A DNA stretch of 64,000 nucleotides from Bradymonadia bacterium (GTDB lineage Bacteria > Myxococcota_A > Bradymonadia > UBA7976 > UBA1532): assembly GCA_046290225.1 (NCBI GenBank), contig JBKAGE010000082.1, positions 96,001-160,000 of the forward strand, given 5' to 3'. The notes beneath the pieces were generated by a model. The model did not search any database and had not been told where the DNA came from. It was given only the letters and a program-made list of their open reading frames with translations. Made by a program: the position numbers and the translations under genes. Shown here in pieces: positions 10,217-22,193 of the stretch (position 1 is the stretch's first letter; every line of letters starts with the position of its first letter).

Positions 10217-10929
10217 CAAAACGTCGCTCCATCTTTCGCTGGCACCACGGCGATCTCTCCCCAGATGGGGCCACCCCCGAGGGGGACGAAGGATCCCAGG
10301 CGCACGCCTCGGCGAGTGCGCAGCGGGGTCAACGCCTCTTCGCTGCAGCCATCAGGTCCCAGGGCTTCGGGGTTCTCTTCACACAGGGCAGCAGTGGCTT
10401 CGAGCCGGCGGTCCTTTTCGGGATCTCGCCCGTCACCGAGCTCGGCGGCGACAGCATACCGGTCTGAGGGGCGATCATCAGAGTCGTCGTCTACTTCGAC
10501 GCTGATGAAGACCGCCGTGGCGTGGGACACATCGGCGGCCGTGTCGACGCGTACCCCACCCACCAGCGATGCAGAGGCGAGATCGATCAAGTCGAGCTGC
10601 CCCACCCGCTGGCCCTCACTGCAGATCGTCTCCTGGTCGAAACCCAGCCGATAGTTCTGCACCACCCTCAGCCCCACAGGCACCAGCGCCTGGGGGGTGT
10701 CGCACTCACTCACCGGGTCGAGCACCTTGAAACGTGGCCCGGGCACCACGGCGCCGTTGACCTCGAAGAACAGCTGATAGTGCTCTCCTGGAGCGTTGTC
10801 AGGGATCAAGGTGCCGAAGTTCATCTGGATCACCGCCCCGTGAAAGGGTTCGACGCACCCTCCGAGCAGCGCAGTAGATGCGATCAACGCGGCGGGCAGC
10901 AATGCTCTGGTCAGACTCGACATGTGCAT
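10216..10929 (-). CDS. Hypothetical lipoprotein
   Basis: Lipobox LLGGC; TGATG overlaps with both neighbours. Confidence 0.7.
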   Translation of the reverse strand: MHMSSLTRALLPAALIASTALLGGCVEPFHGAVIQMNFGTLIPDNAPGEHYQLFFEVNGAVVPGPRFKVLDPVSECDTPQALVPVGLRVVQNYRLGFDQETICSEGQRVGQLDLIDLASASLVGGVRVDTAADVSHATAVFISVEVDDDSDDRPSDRYAVAAELGDGRDPEKDRRLEATAALCEENPEALGPDGCSEEALTPLRTRRGVRLGSFVPLGGGPIWGEIAVVPAKDGATF

Positions 10930-13376
10930 CAGAACCTCACCACCGCCTGGCCAAAGCCGCTCCACCGAGGCCGCGGCTGTGGGCGCGACTGCACGCGATC
11001 GTCGAAGAAGAAGTCGGGATCTTGCACTGTGGCGTTCAGGGCGTTGTAGACGAAGGCCGACAGCTCGAGGCGATCGCCCCACAACCCTGTGGAGCGCAAC
11101 CCGAGACGCAGCAGCAGATATGGATCGATGCGATCGACCTCGACGTCGACGGCGTCGCTCACCCGCAAGTCCGCGGCACCCACGATGCTCTCCTCGGTGT
11201 CGAAGGCCCGGTTGATGTCTTCTTGAGGGCCCACCCAGGTGGCCAGGGCGCTCAGCTGGAGCGCCTCACCGAGCAGATGGGCCTGAGCGCCCCCCATGAA
11301 GACCCAGTTGGCGTGGTTGCGCACCGGGCCGGTCTTCGAATCCATCGAGCGCAAGAAGTGGCCGCCGAGCCAGGCCCCGTGGCCGCCCTTCAGATCTGCC
11401 CGGGCGAGCCACTCCACCGAGTGGATGCCCCGCTGCCCCGAGTTCACGAAGCGCCCACCGTCATTGCGCACCAGATCGCTCATCACCGTGTAGGCATAGT
11501 CAGCCCGCAGATAGAGCCGCTGTATCCGGCCAGCCCCTTCGAAGAGGACCGCGTTGAGCTCGGCCTCGCCGGCCCGTGAGCGCTCCACCTTGAGATCGGG
11601 GTTTTCCTGAAAGGCGATGTTGCTCACCGAAGGGGCCACGTTGGTGGACTGAATCTCCGGCGGACGGAAGCCCTCGGCATAGTTCAGCTTCAAGAAGACC
11701 TGATCGACGAGGTTCCACACCACCGCCATGCTGCCCAGGGCCACAGTGTCGAAGGTGTCGGAGAACTGCACGCGAAGCCCTGGCTGGAGCGCCAGGCGGC
11801 GATCTGCCTTCCACTCGTTGCTCGCGTAAATCGCCCCCACGGTGCGGGTGGTGTCGTCGAGCAGAGCGCTGGTGAAGCGGCAGTCCTCACCGAAGGTCAC
11901 CGGTGAGACTTCGTTGCCAGCGAGGGCGAGGTAGCTGCCTGGATCGGGGCACCGGGTGGGGCCGAAGATGCCATCTCGGGCGAGTGGGTCTGCGCTGTTG
12001 GCGTCGGCGAGCTCAGGGATCACCGCGTTCTGCCGCAATGTGTCGCTGCGCGTCGTGTCCTGCACGCGATCTTGGAACAGCTCCACCCCGAAGATCAGAT
12101 GGTTGTCGGCGGGCAGGAGCAAATCGGCGTCGAGGTTGAGGCCCGTACGCAGCACGAGACCATCTTGCAGGTTCAGGAACACCCCGTCTTCCAGAGGGGG
12201 CAGCGCCGATGACGGCGGAAACGCCCAGAACGGATCTTCGTCGAGACGCCACCGCACCCCGTACACGCGGGCGCTCAGACCCAGATCGCCTTCGAGCAGC
12301 CGGTCTCGCCAGCCGAGGCCCACCATCTGCACCGCGTCGTGCCCGCGGGTCTCCACGCTCACGGGGCTCACCTCGCCCGCCTCGTTGGCTCGGGTGCCTT
12401 CGAGCAGCGCGCCGCCGGTGGCGAGCTGTCGGTAGTCGCGCTCCCACGTGATCAGGGCGTCGAGAGTGAACTGCTCGAAGAGCCTCAGGTTGAGGGTGCC
12501 GCTCACGAAGACGTCGCGGCTGTTGAAGTCGGTGACCCCGGGCTGGGGGTTGTAAAGCGTCGGTCCATCGGGGGCCGGCGCCGGCAACACCCCGAGCACC
12601 TTCTGGGCGTCGATCTCGAGCTCCGCCCCCTGGTCGCTGTACACGCTCAGAGAGCCAAAGACCTCGACATCGCCATCGGCGTGGCTGCCGCCGTATGCGG
12701 CGCCGATCTTCACCGCGCCCTGGGCACCGGGTCCATGGCCACCACCGACGATGACCTCCAGGCCGTTCAAGTCGGCGGCGTCTTTCAAGATGATGTTCAC
12801 CACCCCGAGCAGGGCGTTGCTGCCCCAAAGCACCCCACCGGGGCCCGACGTGATCTCGATGCGCTTGATGGCGTCGATGGGGATTTTGCGGTCGAGGGTG
12901 ACCCCGTTGCGGATCGGCTCGGTGATGTTCACCCCGTTCACCAGGACCAACAGGGTCCGTGGCTGGCCACGGGCGAAGCCTTCTTCGAACCACCCGTTGG
13001 AGTCGAGCCGGTTGCCCTCGAAGCCCGGGATGGTCCGGAGCACGTCACCGACGGTACGGTGACCCCACGCTCTGATCTCTTCAGCGGTGACGACGGTGAT
13101 GATGCCCGGCGCCTCCTGGATGGTGGTTCGGGCGCGGGCGGCTGAGAGCACCACATCGCGGGCGTCGATCTCGAACTCTTCGAGGATCACCCCGCCAGGC
13201 TCGCCCTCCCCCCCTTCACCTGATGGCCCCGCCCCGCCAGTGTCTTCCTCGACGAGGGGCTCCATCTCTTCCATCTGGGCCCAGGCATTGCCTGTGAACG
13301 CCAAGGAAGAACAGAAGCAAAACAAGCACCATAAGCGTGCACGAATGCTGAAGAAATGAGTGGGTGGATACGCCAT
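10929..13376 (-). CDS. TonB-dependent receptor
   Basis: Signal peptide; plug domain (VVLSAAR...EAPGIITVVT...LRTIPG; IKRIEITSGPGGVLWGSNALLGVVNII); YAEGFRPP; NPDLKVE; terminal Phe. Confidence 0.9.
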   Translation of the reverse strand: MAYPPTHFFSIRARLWCLFCFCSSLAFTGNAWAQMEEMEPLVEEDTGGAGPSGEGGEGEPGGVILEEFEIDARDVVLSAARARTTIQEAPGIITVVTAEEIRAWGHRTVGDVLRTIPGFEGNRLDSNGWFEEGFARGQPRTLLVLVNGVNITEPIRNGVTLDRKIPIDAIKRIEITSGPGGVLWGSNALLGVVNIILKDAADLNGLEVIVGGGHGPGAQGAVKIGAAYGGSHADGDVEVFGSLSVYSDQGAELEIDAQKVLGVLPAPAPDGPTLYNPQPGVTDFNSRDVFVSGTLNLRLFEQFTLDALITWERDYRQLATGGALLEGTRANEAGEVSPVSVETRGHDAVQMVGLGWRDRLLEGDLGLSARVYGVRWRLDEDPFWAFPPSSALPPLEDGVFLNLQDGLVLRTGLNLDADLLLPADNHLIFGVELFQDRVQDTTRSDTLRQNAVIPELADANSADPLARDGIFGPTRCPDPGSYLALAGNEVSPVTFGEDCRFTSALLDDTTRTVGAIYASNEWKADRRLALQPGLRVQFSDTFDTVALGSMAVVWNLVDQVFLKLNYAEGFRPPEIQSTNVAPSVSNIAFQENPDLKVERSRAGEAELNAVLFEGAGRIQRLYLRADYAYTVMSDLVRNDGGRFVNSGQRGIHSVEWLARADLKGGHGAWLGGHFLRSMDSKTGPVRNHANWVFMGGAQAHLLGEALQLSALATWVGPQEDINRAFDTEESIVGAADLRVSDAVDVEVDRIDPYLLLRLGLRSTGLWGDRLELSAFVYNALNATVQDPDFFFDDRVQSRPQPRPRWSGFGQAVVRF

Positions 13377-13457
13377 CACGGGGACGCTAACGGATGGCGA
13401 TGTGGGGATACAAGAGCCCTATCTCTTCACCGCGCGGTCGCACGGCGAGGGGGCGCT

Positions 13458-13865
13458 TTACTTCTTGGCAGGGGCCTTGGCCTTGAGCTTCTCCAGCATG
13501 GCCTTTGCCTGCTCGACATGAGGCGCAAGAGTGGCCTGGGCGGCCTTGAGCGCCTTGGCGTATGCCTCTTTGGACTTCGCTGCCTTCAGGCTGGCGTGGG
13601 CCTTCTTCAGGGCCTCGACGCGGGCGTCGGTCTTACCGGCCCGCTCGCCCACCTTCTGCAGCTCGGCGATGGCCGCCTCGATGGCCGCAGGCGCCGTACC
13701 CTGATCAGGACCAACATTGGCGTAGATGTCCTTACGGATATCGACATCGCACTTCATGATCGAGTTGTAGGTGGCCTGATGAATGCCGTCCTGCTCCAGA
13801 GCGGAGGCGGTGCCGACGGACGTCAGGCAGGTGAGTGAGAACGCGAGGATGATGAGCTTCTTCAT
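13458..13865 (-). CDS. Secreted Ala/Lys-rich helical hypothetical protein
   Basis: MKKLIILAF signal peptide; strong codon bias. Confidence 0.7.
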   Translation of the reverse strand: MKKLIILAFSLTCLTSVGTASALEQDGIHQATYNSIMKCDVDIRKDIYANVGPDQGTAPAAIEAAIAELQKVGERAGKTDARVEALKKAHASLKAAKSKEAYAKALKAAQATLAPHVEQAKAMLEKLKAKAPAKK

Positions 13866-13964
13866 ATGAGGTGGTCCCTCTCGTGATCAAATGACACTGC
13901 CGCCCGAAGACGACGCGCGGGGCTCATCATTCACGTTCGACTCAGGGGTTCAAGATGTTGAGGC

Positions 13965-16880
13965 TCAGCGGCGACGACGCAGAGGCGCGGCGAGGAGGAT
14001 CAACGCGAGCCAGCCGAGGCTGCTGCGGCTGCCGGTGGAGGCGTCGCAGTTGCAACCGCCATCTTCAGGCGGCACGCCATCGCCACCGTCAGGGCCACCG
14101 TCCGGAGGCGGAGGCGTACCCCCCGTGCCGCCGGTCCCGCCGGCACCACCAGAGCCGCCCATGCCACCGGCGCCGCCCATACCGCCAGTGCCACCGGTGC
14201 CGCCCATGCCGACGCCACCTTCGCCGCCGGCACCGCCCATGCCACCAGCACCGCCTTCGCCACCACCAATCCATTCGCCGATGCACTGGGCTGCACCATC
14301 TTGGATCTCGCAGACGGCGCCAGGGGGACACACGATGTTGAAGCACGGATCATCCACGCACACCCCACCCTCGCAGCGGAGGCCATCGCCACAATCCACC
14401 TGATCGCAGCGGTTGGGTGCGCACTCGCCTTCTTCGCAGATCTGACCATCGGGGCATTCGACGTCGGCACACGGATGCGCCACGCACACCCCGTCACGAC
14501 ACTGTTCCCCTGAAGGGCACGCCACAAAGGTGCAGGCGCCCACACAGGCGCCGTCACGGCAGAACTCATCGCCCTCGCAAATGACCCCGTCACAGGGATC
14601 CGGCTCACACACCGCCATCACACAGCGCTGACCTGTGGGGCAGCCTGCCTCGTAGCAGTTGTCGGCGACACACTCGCCCTCGGCGCACACCTGACCGCCA
14701 GGGCAGTTCACGTCATCACACGGATCGACACAGTCACCACCGCGGCAAATGAAGCCCTCTTCACAGGGGTTGAGCTCGCAGAGCTGCACACAGACACCGT
14801 CGCTGCAGACAAAGCCTTCACCGGGGCACTCGTTGTTGATGCACGGGTCGGCGCAGCGGCCGGCAACGCAGGCACCTTCGGGGCACTCCGCCCCTTCATC
14901 CGCGGTGCCGTCGCAGTCTTCGTCCACGCCATCACAGGTCTCGGTGGGCACATCACCACAACGACCGCAGGCGTTGCGCAGATCGTTGTCGATGATCCCG
15001 TCGCAGTTGTCGTCGTTGCCGTTGCACATCTCCTCGGCGGGATCTTCCGTGGGATCACAGTTCAGAGCGCCGCCCTCGCAGACGAGCACGCCGCTGGCGC
15101 ACAGACCAGGCTGGCCCGTGGGGCAAGCATCACCGACCCCGGGGACCCCTTCGTCGACGTTGCCGTCACAGTCATTGTCGAGGCCGTCACAGATCTCGTC
15201 GCTCGCGGTGATCTCGGGGTTGCAGAAGATGCCCCCGCCCTCGCAGACGGTGGTGCCCTGACCACAGACGCCGGGCTGCTCGGTGTCGCACGCCTCGCCG
15301 AGGCCGGGGATGCCCTCGTCGGTGGCACCGTCACAGTCGTTGTCGATGCCGTCGCACATCTCGTCGATGGGATCATTGAGCCCCTGACACTCGATCTGGC
15401 CATCGACGCAGGCGGTCACCCCTTGAGAGCAGAAGCCGGGCTGACCGAAGTCACAGGCCTGATCTCCGCCGGGGTTGCCTTCGTCGACGGTGCCATCGCA
15501 GTCGTCGTCCTCGCCGTTACAGCGCTCGTCGCCGCTGGGAATGCAGGCACAGACATCACCTGTGCCATCTTCATCTTCGTCGGCCTGATCGGCGTTGGGA
15601 TGATCGGGGCAGTTGTCGCAGGCATCGCCGACACCATCGCCGTCGCGATCAGCCTGGTCGAGGTTGGGGGTGTTGGGGCAGTTGTCTTCTTCGCACAGGT
15701 CGGGCCCGTTGCGTCGCTCGGCCCCATCGTCGTCGGCGTCGACGCAAGCGCCACCGAGGGAGCGCTGCAGCACGAGGGTGGAGAAGGCCACACAAGAGAT
15801 GCCGCCGTCAGTGCCTGCACCACCCCAGCAGGAGCGGTTGCCACCCGTGGGCCAGTTGCCGTTGCCTTCCTGACGCTCAGTGAGAGACCAGGCGATGTCA
15901 TAGTACCAGCCCGCTTCTTCTTCCGGGAAGCCGTCATTCGCCGGGTTCCGGGTGCCTCCGATGTCGTCCGCCTCGAGGCCGTTGAAGTTCGGATCAGCGT
16001 TCTCGCTCACCTCGAGGCCCTTCGCCACGGCCCACAGGTAATAGTAGTAGCTGTTGTTGCCCCAGTTGGCCTGAGGGGCGTTGATGTGGCCGTCGTAGCG
16101 CCAGTTGGCCCGGAGCCACTGCATGGCGCCCTGTACAGCGTTGTCGGCGAGGCCCCGGTTGCCCAGACGGGCCACCCAGAGGGCCGAGGCGGTCATACTG
16201 CTGCTGCAGCCCGCCCAACCGCTGGTGCGGTAGTTGTAGCAACCCCCACCGGCGGCATGGAACTGGATGGACTGCCCAGCGTCGTTGAGCATGTTCTGGG
16301 GCACCTGCACCACCGCCGAGGCGGAGGAGAGGCCCGCGAGGGCGAACTGGGTGGTGGAGAGATCGTTGTCGGCGCCAGGGCTGTTGTAGTTCCAGCCACC
16401 CTGGTTGTTCTGCTGACGCTGCAGGTTGGCCACCCCGTTGGTGAGGGCCTGCGTCACCGTGCGACGGGCGCCGACGTCGTCAGGGCCCCCTGTGGCGAGG
16501 TACAGGCCCATAGCCATCATGCTGGCCCCTGCCCGATACACCTGCGCCGTGCTGTTGGCGTTGAAATCGGCGCCGTTGCTCACGTCGATGACGTAGCGCA
16601 TAGCACGACGGACCAGCGCCTGATCGTCAGGCGACATGCCGTTGTAGCCCACGGGGGGGGCGTTGGGCAGCGGCGACTCGCGCTTCTCGAGGAAGCACAG
16701 CGCGGCGAGGCCCGTGGCTTCGCCGCCCATGTCGCCGTTGTTCTCTTGACCGCGCATGTACTGCAGCGCGCTCTCGATGGAGTCGTTCACCCGTTGCCGG
16801 AAGGGGCTCACCTGACCCCATGACACGCTGGGCAAAATCGCCATGGACAGAGCCAGGCCCAACAACTGAATACGCCGCAT
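13965..16880 (-). CDS. MYXO-CTERM surface protein, paralog A: alpha/alpha-barrel (prenyltransferase/squalene-cyclase-like QW repeats), TSP3 repeats, MopE-like repeats, Cys-rich region
   Basis: Signal peptide; [18 protein letters not shown] and QEGNGNW; DNCP...[12 protein letters not shown]; five E.C(D/N)G.D.(D/N)CDG repeats; Gly-rich linker; GGCNC-TM-RRRR tail. Confidence 0.85.
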   Translation of the reverse strand: MRRIQLLGLALSMAILPSVSWGQVSPFRQRVNDSIESALQYMRGQENNGDMGGEATGLAALCFLEKRESPLPNAPPVGYNGMSPDDQALVRRAMRYVIDVSNGADFNANSTAQVYRAGASMMAMGLYLATGGPDDVGARRTVTQALTNGVANLQRQQNNQGGWNYNSPGADNDLSTTQFALAGLSSASAVVQVPQNMLNDAGQSIQFHAAGGGCYNYRTSGWAGCSSSMTASALWVARLGNRGLADNAVQGAMQWLRANWRYDGHINAPQANWGNNSYYYYLWAVAKGLEVSENADPNFNGLEADDIGGTRNPANDGFPEEEAGWYYDIAWSLTERQEGNGNWPTGGNRSCWGGAGTDGGISCVAFSTLVLQRSLGGACVDADDDGAERRNGPDLCEEDNCPNTPNLDQADRDGDGVGDACDNCPDHPNADQADEDEDGTGDVCACIPSGDERCNGEDDDCDGTVDEGNPGGDQACDFGQPGFCSQGVTACVDGQIECQGLNDPIDEMCDGIDNDCDGATDEGIPGLGEACDTEQPGVCGQGTTVCEGGGIFCNPEITASDEICDGLDNDCDGNVDEGVPGVGDACPTGQPGLCASGVLVCEGGALNCDPTEDPAEEMCNGNDDNCDGIIDNDLRNACGRCGDVPTETCDGVDEDCDGTADEGAECPEGACVAGRCADPCINNECPGEGFVCSDGVCVQLCELNPCEEGFICRGGDCVDPCDDVNCPGGQVCAEGECVADNCYEAGCPTGQRCVMAVCEPDPCDGVICEGDEFCRDGACVGACTFVACPSGEQCRDGVCVAHPCADVECPDGQICEEGECAPNRCDQVDCGDGLRCEGGVCVDDPCFNIVCPPGAVCEIQDGAAQCIGEWIGGGEGGAGGMGGAGGEGGVGMGGTGGTGGMGGAGGMGGSGGAGGTGGTGGTPPPPDGGPDGGDGVPPEDGGCNCDASTGSRSSLGWLALILLAAPLRRRR

Positions 16881-16963
16881 AGATCCCTCTCGATGCAACC
16901 AAGCAGAAGGACCATACCGAAAAACTACCTACGAATGCGATTGAGGCGTCTTCTTTGGCTGCC

Positions 16964-19507
16964 TCAGCCTCGACGACGACGCAACGGGAGCGCGATCAGA
17001 ATCATCGCCAGCCATCCCAGGTGGCTGTGACCCGAAGCGTCACAGCTGCAACCTCCCCGAGGAGGGACCGCGCTGTCGCCGCCGTCCACACCGAGATCAG
17101 GGGTGGGCTCGACGACATCAGCGTACCCCGCAGCACCGCCCCCCCCTCCTGTTGCGCCCATGCCACCCGCGGCATCGCCACCAGCACTCCCCATACCACC
17201 AGCGCCCCCTTCTGCAGGCCCACTGATCAGCTGGCCCATACATTGGGCTGTGCCCTCTTTCATTTCACAGACAGCGCCAGGGGGGCACACGATGTTGAAG
17301 CACGGATCATCAACGCACGCCCCATCCTCACAGCGAAAGCCAGCATCGCACTCCACCTGCTCACAGAGCGGGTCGACGCACTCACCCCCCTCGCACACCT
17401 GACCATCGACACACTCGACGCCAGTGCAGGGGTCAGCCACGCACGCTCCATCACGGCACACCTCCTCCGCCGGGCAAGCCACGGCGTTGCATGCGTCGAC
17501 ACACGCTCCGTCACGACAGAATGCGTTCGCTGCACACACGACGTCGGCACATGGATCAGTCTCACAGGTGGAGGCGACGCATCGTTGTCCCTCAGGGCAT
17601 CCCACGGCATAGCAATTGTCGTCGACACACTCGCCTCCGGAGCACACCTGACCGCCATCACACGTGACCTCAGCGCACAGATCGACACAGCCCTCCACCC
17701 GACATACGAAGCCCGCTTCACAGGGCTCCACCTCGCACAACAACCGGCACAGGCCGTCCATGCAAAGGAAGCCTTCACCGGGACACTCGTTGATCATGCA
17801 TGGCTCTGCGCAGCGACCGTCGACGCACACACCACTCGGACACTCAGCCCCCTCGTCGACGACACCATCACAGTCTTCGTCGGCGCCATCACAGGCCTCT
17901 GCGGGCGGCTCGCCACACTGGCCACAGGCGTTGCGCAGATCATTGTCGATGATCCCGTCGCAGTCATCGTCCAGACCGTTGCATGTTTCTTCCGTGGGGG
18001 CATCGTCCGGCCCACACACGAGCTCACCATCTTCGCAGGTGAGTATGCCCATGGCGCACAAACCTGGTTGTCCTGTAGCGCACATATCACCGAGGCCAGC
18101 GGCTTCTTCGTCAATGACACCATCACAGTCATCGTCCAGGCCGTTGCACAGCTCTTCCGATGGCGTGCAGGTGCAGGCATCACCGACACCATCAGCGTTT
18201 TCGTCGGCCTGATCGACGTTGGGATGATCGGGGCAGTTGTCGCAGGCGTCGCCGACGCCATCGCCGTCGCGATCAGCCTGGTCGAGGTTGGGTATATCGG
18301 GGCAATTGTCGCCTTCGCACAGGTTCGTCCCACTGCGGAACTCGGCGCCGTCGTTGTCGACATCGACGCAGGCACCGCCGAGGGAGCGCTGCAGCACGAG
18401 AGTGGAGAAAGCCACACAGGACATGCCCGCGTCTGTGCCCGCGGCACCCCAACAGGACCGGTTGCCGCCCGTGGGCCAGCTGCCGTTGTTGCCCTGACGC
18501 TCGGTGAGAGACCAAGCGATGTCGTAATACCAGCCCGCTTCTTCTGCCGGGAAACCATCGTCCGTGGGGCTCCGTGTACCCCCGATGTCGCCAGACTCCA
18601 CGCCATCGAAGGCTGGATCCGCGCTCTCCCCCACCTCAAGGCCTTTGGCCATGGCCCAGAGGTAGTAGTAGTAGCTGTCGTTGGCCCAGTCTTCGTCCAT
18701 GCTGGGGATGTGGCCGTCGTATCGCCAGTTGGCCTGCAACCACCGCATGATCCCCTGCACATCTGCCTCACCCACGTCGCGACTGCCCATCCGAGCCACC
18801 CAGAGGGCTGAGGCGGTCATGCTGCTGCTGCAGTCGGACCACCACGCCGCGGTGCGGTACCGGTAACAGCCGTTCTCTTCGTGGTGCAGCTCGATGGCCT
18901 GCCCGGCGGACTCGAGCATGGCTCGGGGGACCAGCACGGCCCTCGAGGCTGCCGACAGTCCCAGGAGCGCAAACTGAGTCGTGGAGAGATCGCTGTAGTC
19001 GCTGGGGGTGCTGTAGTTCCAACCATTCAGGGCGTTTTGCTGGCGCCTCAGGTTGGCCACGCCATTGACGAGGGCCTGCGTTACAGTGCGAGTGGCGCCG
19101 ACGTCATCAGGTCCTCCAGTGCCGAGATAGAGGCCCATGGCCATCATGCTCGCCCCAGCCCGGTACACCTGCGCCGTACCGTTCGCGCTGAAGTCGACGC
19201 CGTCGTCTACATCGATGACATACCGTATGGCGCGGCGGACCAGCGCCTGATCATCGGGGGACATGCCCCGATAGCCCACTGGGGGGGCCATCGGCTGTGC
19301 CGACCATCGCTTCTCGAGGAAGCACAGAGCCGCCAGCCCTGTCGCCTGGCCGCCGATGTTCCCACCGCTCTCTTGAACGCGCATGTACTGCAGCGCGCGC
19401 TCGATGGCGTCGTCCACACGCTGCTGAAACGGACTCACCTGACCCCAGGACACGCTGGGCATCACAGCCATGGACAACACGAGACCCAAAACACGCACAC
19501 ATCGCAT
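16964..19507 (-). CDS. MYXO-CTERM surface protein, paralog B of 13965-16880
   Basis: Same architecture with long identical peptide blocks (e.g. [33 protein letters not shown]); three MopE-like repeats; GGCSC-TM-RRRR tail. Confidence 0.85.
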   Translation of the reverse strand: MRCVRVLGLVLSMAVMPSVSWGQVSPFQQRVDDAIERALQYMRVQESGGNIGGQATGLAALCFLEKRWSAQPMAPPVGYRGMSPDDQALVRRAIRYVIDVDDGVDFSANGTAQVYRAGASMMAMGLYLGTGGPDDVGATRTVTQALVNGVANLRRQQNALNGWNYSTPSDYSDLSTTQFALLGLSAASRAVLVPRAMLESAGQAIELHHEENGCYRYRTAAWWSDCSSSMTASALWVARMGSRDVGEADVQGIMRWLQANWRYDGHIPSMDEDWANDSYYYYLWAMAKGLEVGESADPAFDGVESGDIGGTRSPTDDGFPAEEAGWYYDIAWSLTERQGNNGSWPTGGNRSCWGAAGTDAGMSCVAFSTLVLQRSLGGACVDVDNDGAEFRSGTNLCEGDNCPDIPNLDQADRDGDGVGDACDNCPDHPNVDQADENADGVGDACTCTPSEELCNGLDDDCDGVIDEEAAGLGDMCATGQPGLCAMGILTCEDGELVCGPDDAPTEETCNGLDDDCDGIIDNDLRNACGQCGEPPAEACDGADEDCDGVVDEGAECPSGVCVDGRCAEPCMINECPGEGFLCMDGLCRLLCEVEPCEAGFVCRVEGCVDLCAEVTCDGGQVCSGGECVDDNCYAVGCPEGQRCVASTCETDPCADVVCAANAFCRDGACVDACNAVACPAEEVCRDGACVADPCTGVECVDGQVCEGGECVDPLCEQVECDAGFRCEDGACVDDPCFNIVCPPGAVCEMKEGTAQCMGQLISGPAEGGAGGMGSAGGDAAGGMGATGGGGGAAGYADVVEPTPDLGVDGGDSAVPPRGGCSCDASGHSHLGWLAMILIALPLRRRRG

Positions 19508-19605
19508 CACACACCTTAAGCACATGTAAGACGATGTAAGTCTAGCGGCGTATTTTGAGTCCGTCGTTCAGGCGCCCGGAACATCGGGGCCTGCGAGGTA
19601 GGGCG

Positions 19606-19824
19606 CTACCAGTCGCGGTTTCGGTGCTCGAAACGCTGACGCAACCAGCCGAGCAGAGCCAGAAAACCGATGATGAGGCAGCCGAACATGATCCCGATGA
19701 GGAACGCCCCACCCATCATGAGGAGAGAGGGGATCGCAGCTTCGTTCTGGTCCATGATGAAGGGGAAGGCGATCAGGCTGCACGTGACCACCGACATCAT
19801 CAGAATGAACTCGACCCGGCTCAT
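19606..19824 (-). CDS. Small two-helix membrane protein
   Basis: 72 aa, two hydrophobic segments, GGAGAAGGG RBS. Confidence 0.55.
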   Translation of the reverse strand: MSRVEFILMMSVVTCSLIAFPFIMDQNEAAIPSLLMMGGAFLIGIMFGCLIIGFLALLGWLRQRFEHRNRDW

Positions 19825-19857
19825 GGGTCCCCTTCTCCAACCCCCCTCGCGGGGTGG

Positions 19858-21444
19858 TTATAGCACGACTCGGAACCGAGTCTCCCCAGGGCGGGTCTCA
19901 CAGCCCACCTGACCACCTCTGCTCTGAGCCACAGCCTGCACGATGGCCAGCCCCAACCCTGTACCCCCATCATCTCTGCTGGTGGTGAAGAACCGCTCGA
20001 AGAGCCGCCGCTGGTTGCCCTCACTGATGCCCGGGCCATGATCGACGACCTCGAGGCACACCTGATCGCCCACGCCCTTCGCGATGATCTCGATGGGGGC
20101 CTCGCCGTGCAGCAAGGCGTTGTCCACGAGGTTGCCCACCACCGACTCGAGGTGTTCGGGGGCGATGACGAGGTGCTCGGGCAGGGCCTCGGGTCCTTCG
20201 ACCACACAGCGTGCGGTGACACCCTCGCCAGGGTCGAACCGCGAGACGAACCCCTCGAGCCAGGCCCTGATGGGGATCTCCTCCACCTGCTCGCCCTGAT
20301 GTTCGATGCGGGCGAGTTGCAGCAACCGGCTCACCTGACGCGTCATGCGAGCGGTGGCGGCGTCGATGTTGGCGAGGAACCGGTCACGCTGAGCGGGGCT
20401 CATGTCGTCCCACGAGCCCCGCAACAGCTCGGTGGCGCCTCTCACCGAAGAGAGCGGCGTCTTCAACTCGTGGCTCACGTTGCCCACGAACTCGGTGATG
20501 TACTCGGCCCGAGCCTTCAGCTGCGCGGTCATCTCGTCGAGGGCCGCGCTGAGTGTGCTGATCTCAGAAGGCACGAGGCCCCTGGGCAGCGGCTCACGGG
20601 GCCGACCGGCGGCGATGGCCTCTGCGGCGGCGGTGATGGCCCGCACGGGGGCGGTGATGACCCGGGCAAAGAAGAAGCTCATGCCCACGATGAGCAACAG
20701 GCTGCCCACGAAGGCCAGCCCGAGCGTGCGCCGCTGTCGATAGAGGGCCTCAAGCGGGTCGATGCTGGTCCGGCTCATCCGCACCACCCCGATGATCTGA
20801 CCGTCGGCGAAGAGCGGGGTGGCGGTGAACACCCTCAAGGTGCCCCGACGACTGATGGCCCCCAGCGGGCTGCGCAGCGATGGCTGAGGGCTGCTGCTGT
20901 GTCGGGGTCGGGCGACGGCGGCATATCGACCACCGAGGGCGGCCCTGACCTCTGGCAAATGCTCGACGCACTGGCCGATCTCGTCGGCGGTGCTGGCCAC
21001 GACGCACCCCTCGGCGTTGATCACCCGAGCCCCGCTCAGATTCACCCGCTTGGCTCGATCGAGCATGGGCTTGATGGCGGCGCCGGCACGCCACTCGGGG
21101 CCGCTGCGATCACTGGCGAATCGCGTGGGCGGTGTGTTGTCTGGGGGCATCACCTCCTGATCGGGATCCGCAAGGTCGAGCACGGGCTCGATGGGGAACA
21201 CGTCAGGCACGATGGCCCAGCTGGGCGAGATGTCGGGGCCTTCACCTGTGGGCACGCCCTGGATCTCGAGCAAGGCGCTGCGCCACGCCTCGCCGATGAG
21301 GGCGGACTCGGCGATGAGCCGCCGCTCGGTCTGCCTGATCAGGTGGGTCTCGTAGACTCGGAACAGCAACAACGCCAGGAGCGGAATGAGCAAGGCCAGC
21401 ACGTTGACCGAGAGGATCAACCTCTGGATGCCGGGCCCTCTCAC
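19858..21444 (-). CDS. Sensor histidine kinase (CreC/ChvG-like, HAMP)
   Basis: Two TM segments; SHELKTPL H-box; NLVDNA, DHGPGI, FERFFTT and GTGLGL boxes; GTGA overlap with the regulator. Confidence 0.92.
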   Translation of the reverse strand: MRGPGIQRLILSVNVLALLIPLLALLLFRVYETHLIRQTERRLIAESALIGEAWRSALLEIQGVPTGEGPDISPSWAIVPDVFPIEPVLDLADPDQEVMPPDNTPPTRFASDRSGPEWRAGAAIKPMLDRAKRVNLSGARVINAEGCVVASTADEIGQCVEHLPEVRAALGGRYAAVARPRHSSSPQPSLRSPLGAISRRGTLRVFTATPLFADGQIIGVVRMSRTSIDPLEALYRQRRTLGLAFVGSLLLIVGMSFFFARVITAPVRAITAAAEAIAAGRPREPLPRGLVPSEISTLSAALDEMTAQLKARAEYITEFVGNVSHELKTPLSSVRGATELLRGSWDDMSPAQRDRFLANIDAATARMTRQVSRLLQLARIEHQGEQVEEIPIRAWLEGFVSRFDPGEGVTARCVVEGPEALPEHLVIAPEHLESVVGNLVDNALLHGEAPIEIIAKGVGDQVCLEVVDHGPGISEGNQRRLFERFFTTSRDDGGTGLGLAIVQAVAQSRGGQVGCETRPGETRFRVVL

Positions 21445-22157
21445 GGGCTGCCCCCTGCAGTCTTGAGCCGATAGCCCAAGCCATACACCGTCTCAACGGG
21501 ATCGCTCTCGGGCACCAGGGCGTTGAACTTGCCCCGGATCCGCCGAATATGGCTGTCGATGGTGCGATCGGTGATGTGATGTCCGGGACCCCAGACCCGA
21601 TCGACGAGCTCACCTCGGGTGTACACCTTGCCCGGGTGGCCCATGAGGGTGCGCAGCAGGTCGAACTCAGTGACGGTGAGCACGATCTCGTCCTGGCCGA
21701 GCAGGCACCGATGTCGCTGCAGATCGAGGGTGATGGCGCTGTGTCGCAAGATGGCGCCTTGAGGGTCGATTACGCTCCGAGCCTGTGAACGCCTCAGCAT
21801 GACCTTGACCCGCACGGCGAGCTCCCGGGGGCTGAAGGGCTTGGTGACGTAGTCGTCGGCCCCCATCTCGAGACCGAGGATCCGGTCGAACTCTTCGTCT
21901 TTGCTCGACAAGAACAAGATGGGCACTTCGCGCTTAGCTGCGTCGCTGTGGGCCCGAATGCGCCGGCAGACTTCGAGGCCGTCGAGCTCGGGCATCAAGA
22001 TGTCGAGCACGATGGCGTCGATGGGGGTGTCGTCGAAGGCCCTCAGCGCGGCGAGGCCGTCGGCGGCTTCGACGACGCTGTGCCCTGCTTGCTCGAGGGC
22101 GAAGCGTACGACCTCGCGGATGTGCCCGTCGTCGTCGGTGATGAGGATGGTGGCCAT
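21441..22157 (-). CDS. OmpR-family response regulator (CreB/ChvI-like)
   Basis: DDD, LDILMP and KPFS receiver motifs; LTVTEF...RTIDSHIRRIR...TVYGLGY winged helix. Confidence 0.93.
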   Translation of the reverse strand: MATILITDDDGHIREVVRFALEQAGHSVVEAADGLAALRAFDDTPIDAIVLDILMPELDGLEVCRRIRAHSDAAKREVPILFLSSKDEEFDRILGLEMGADDYVTKPFSPRELAVRVKVMLRRSQARSVIDPQGAILRHSAITLDLQRHRCLLGQDEIVLTVTEFDLLRTLMGHPGKVYTRGELVDRVWGPGHHITDRTIDSHIRRIRGKFNALVPESDPVETVYGLGYRLKTAGGSP

Positions 22158-22193
22158 GGGTGGGGAGTATGCCAGATGCTGGGGCTCAACTCG

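Noticed and set aside
14100..14270. Gly-rich tandem repeats (also 25860-26075 and 55740-55802) as independent repeat elements
   Set aside because: They are low-complexity coding linkers or tails within proteins.
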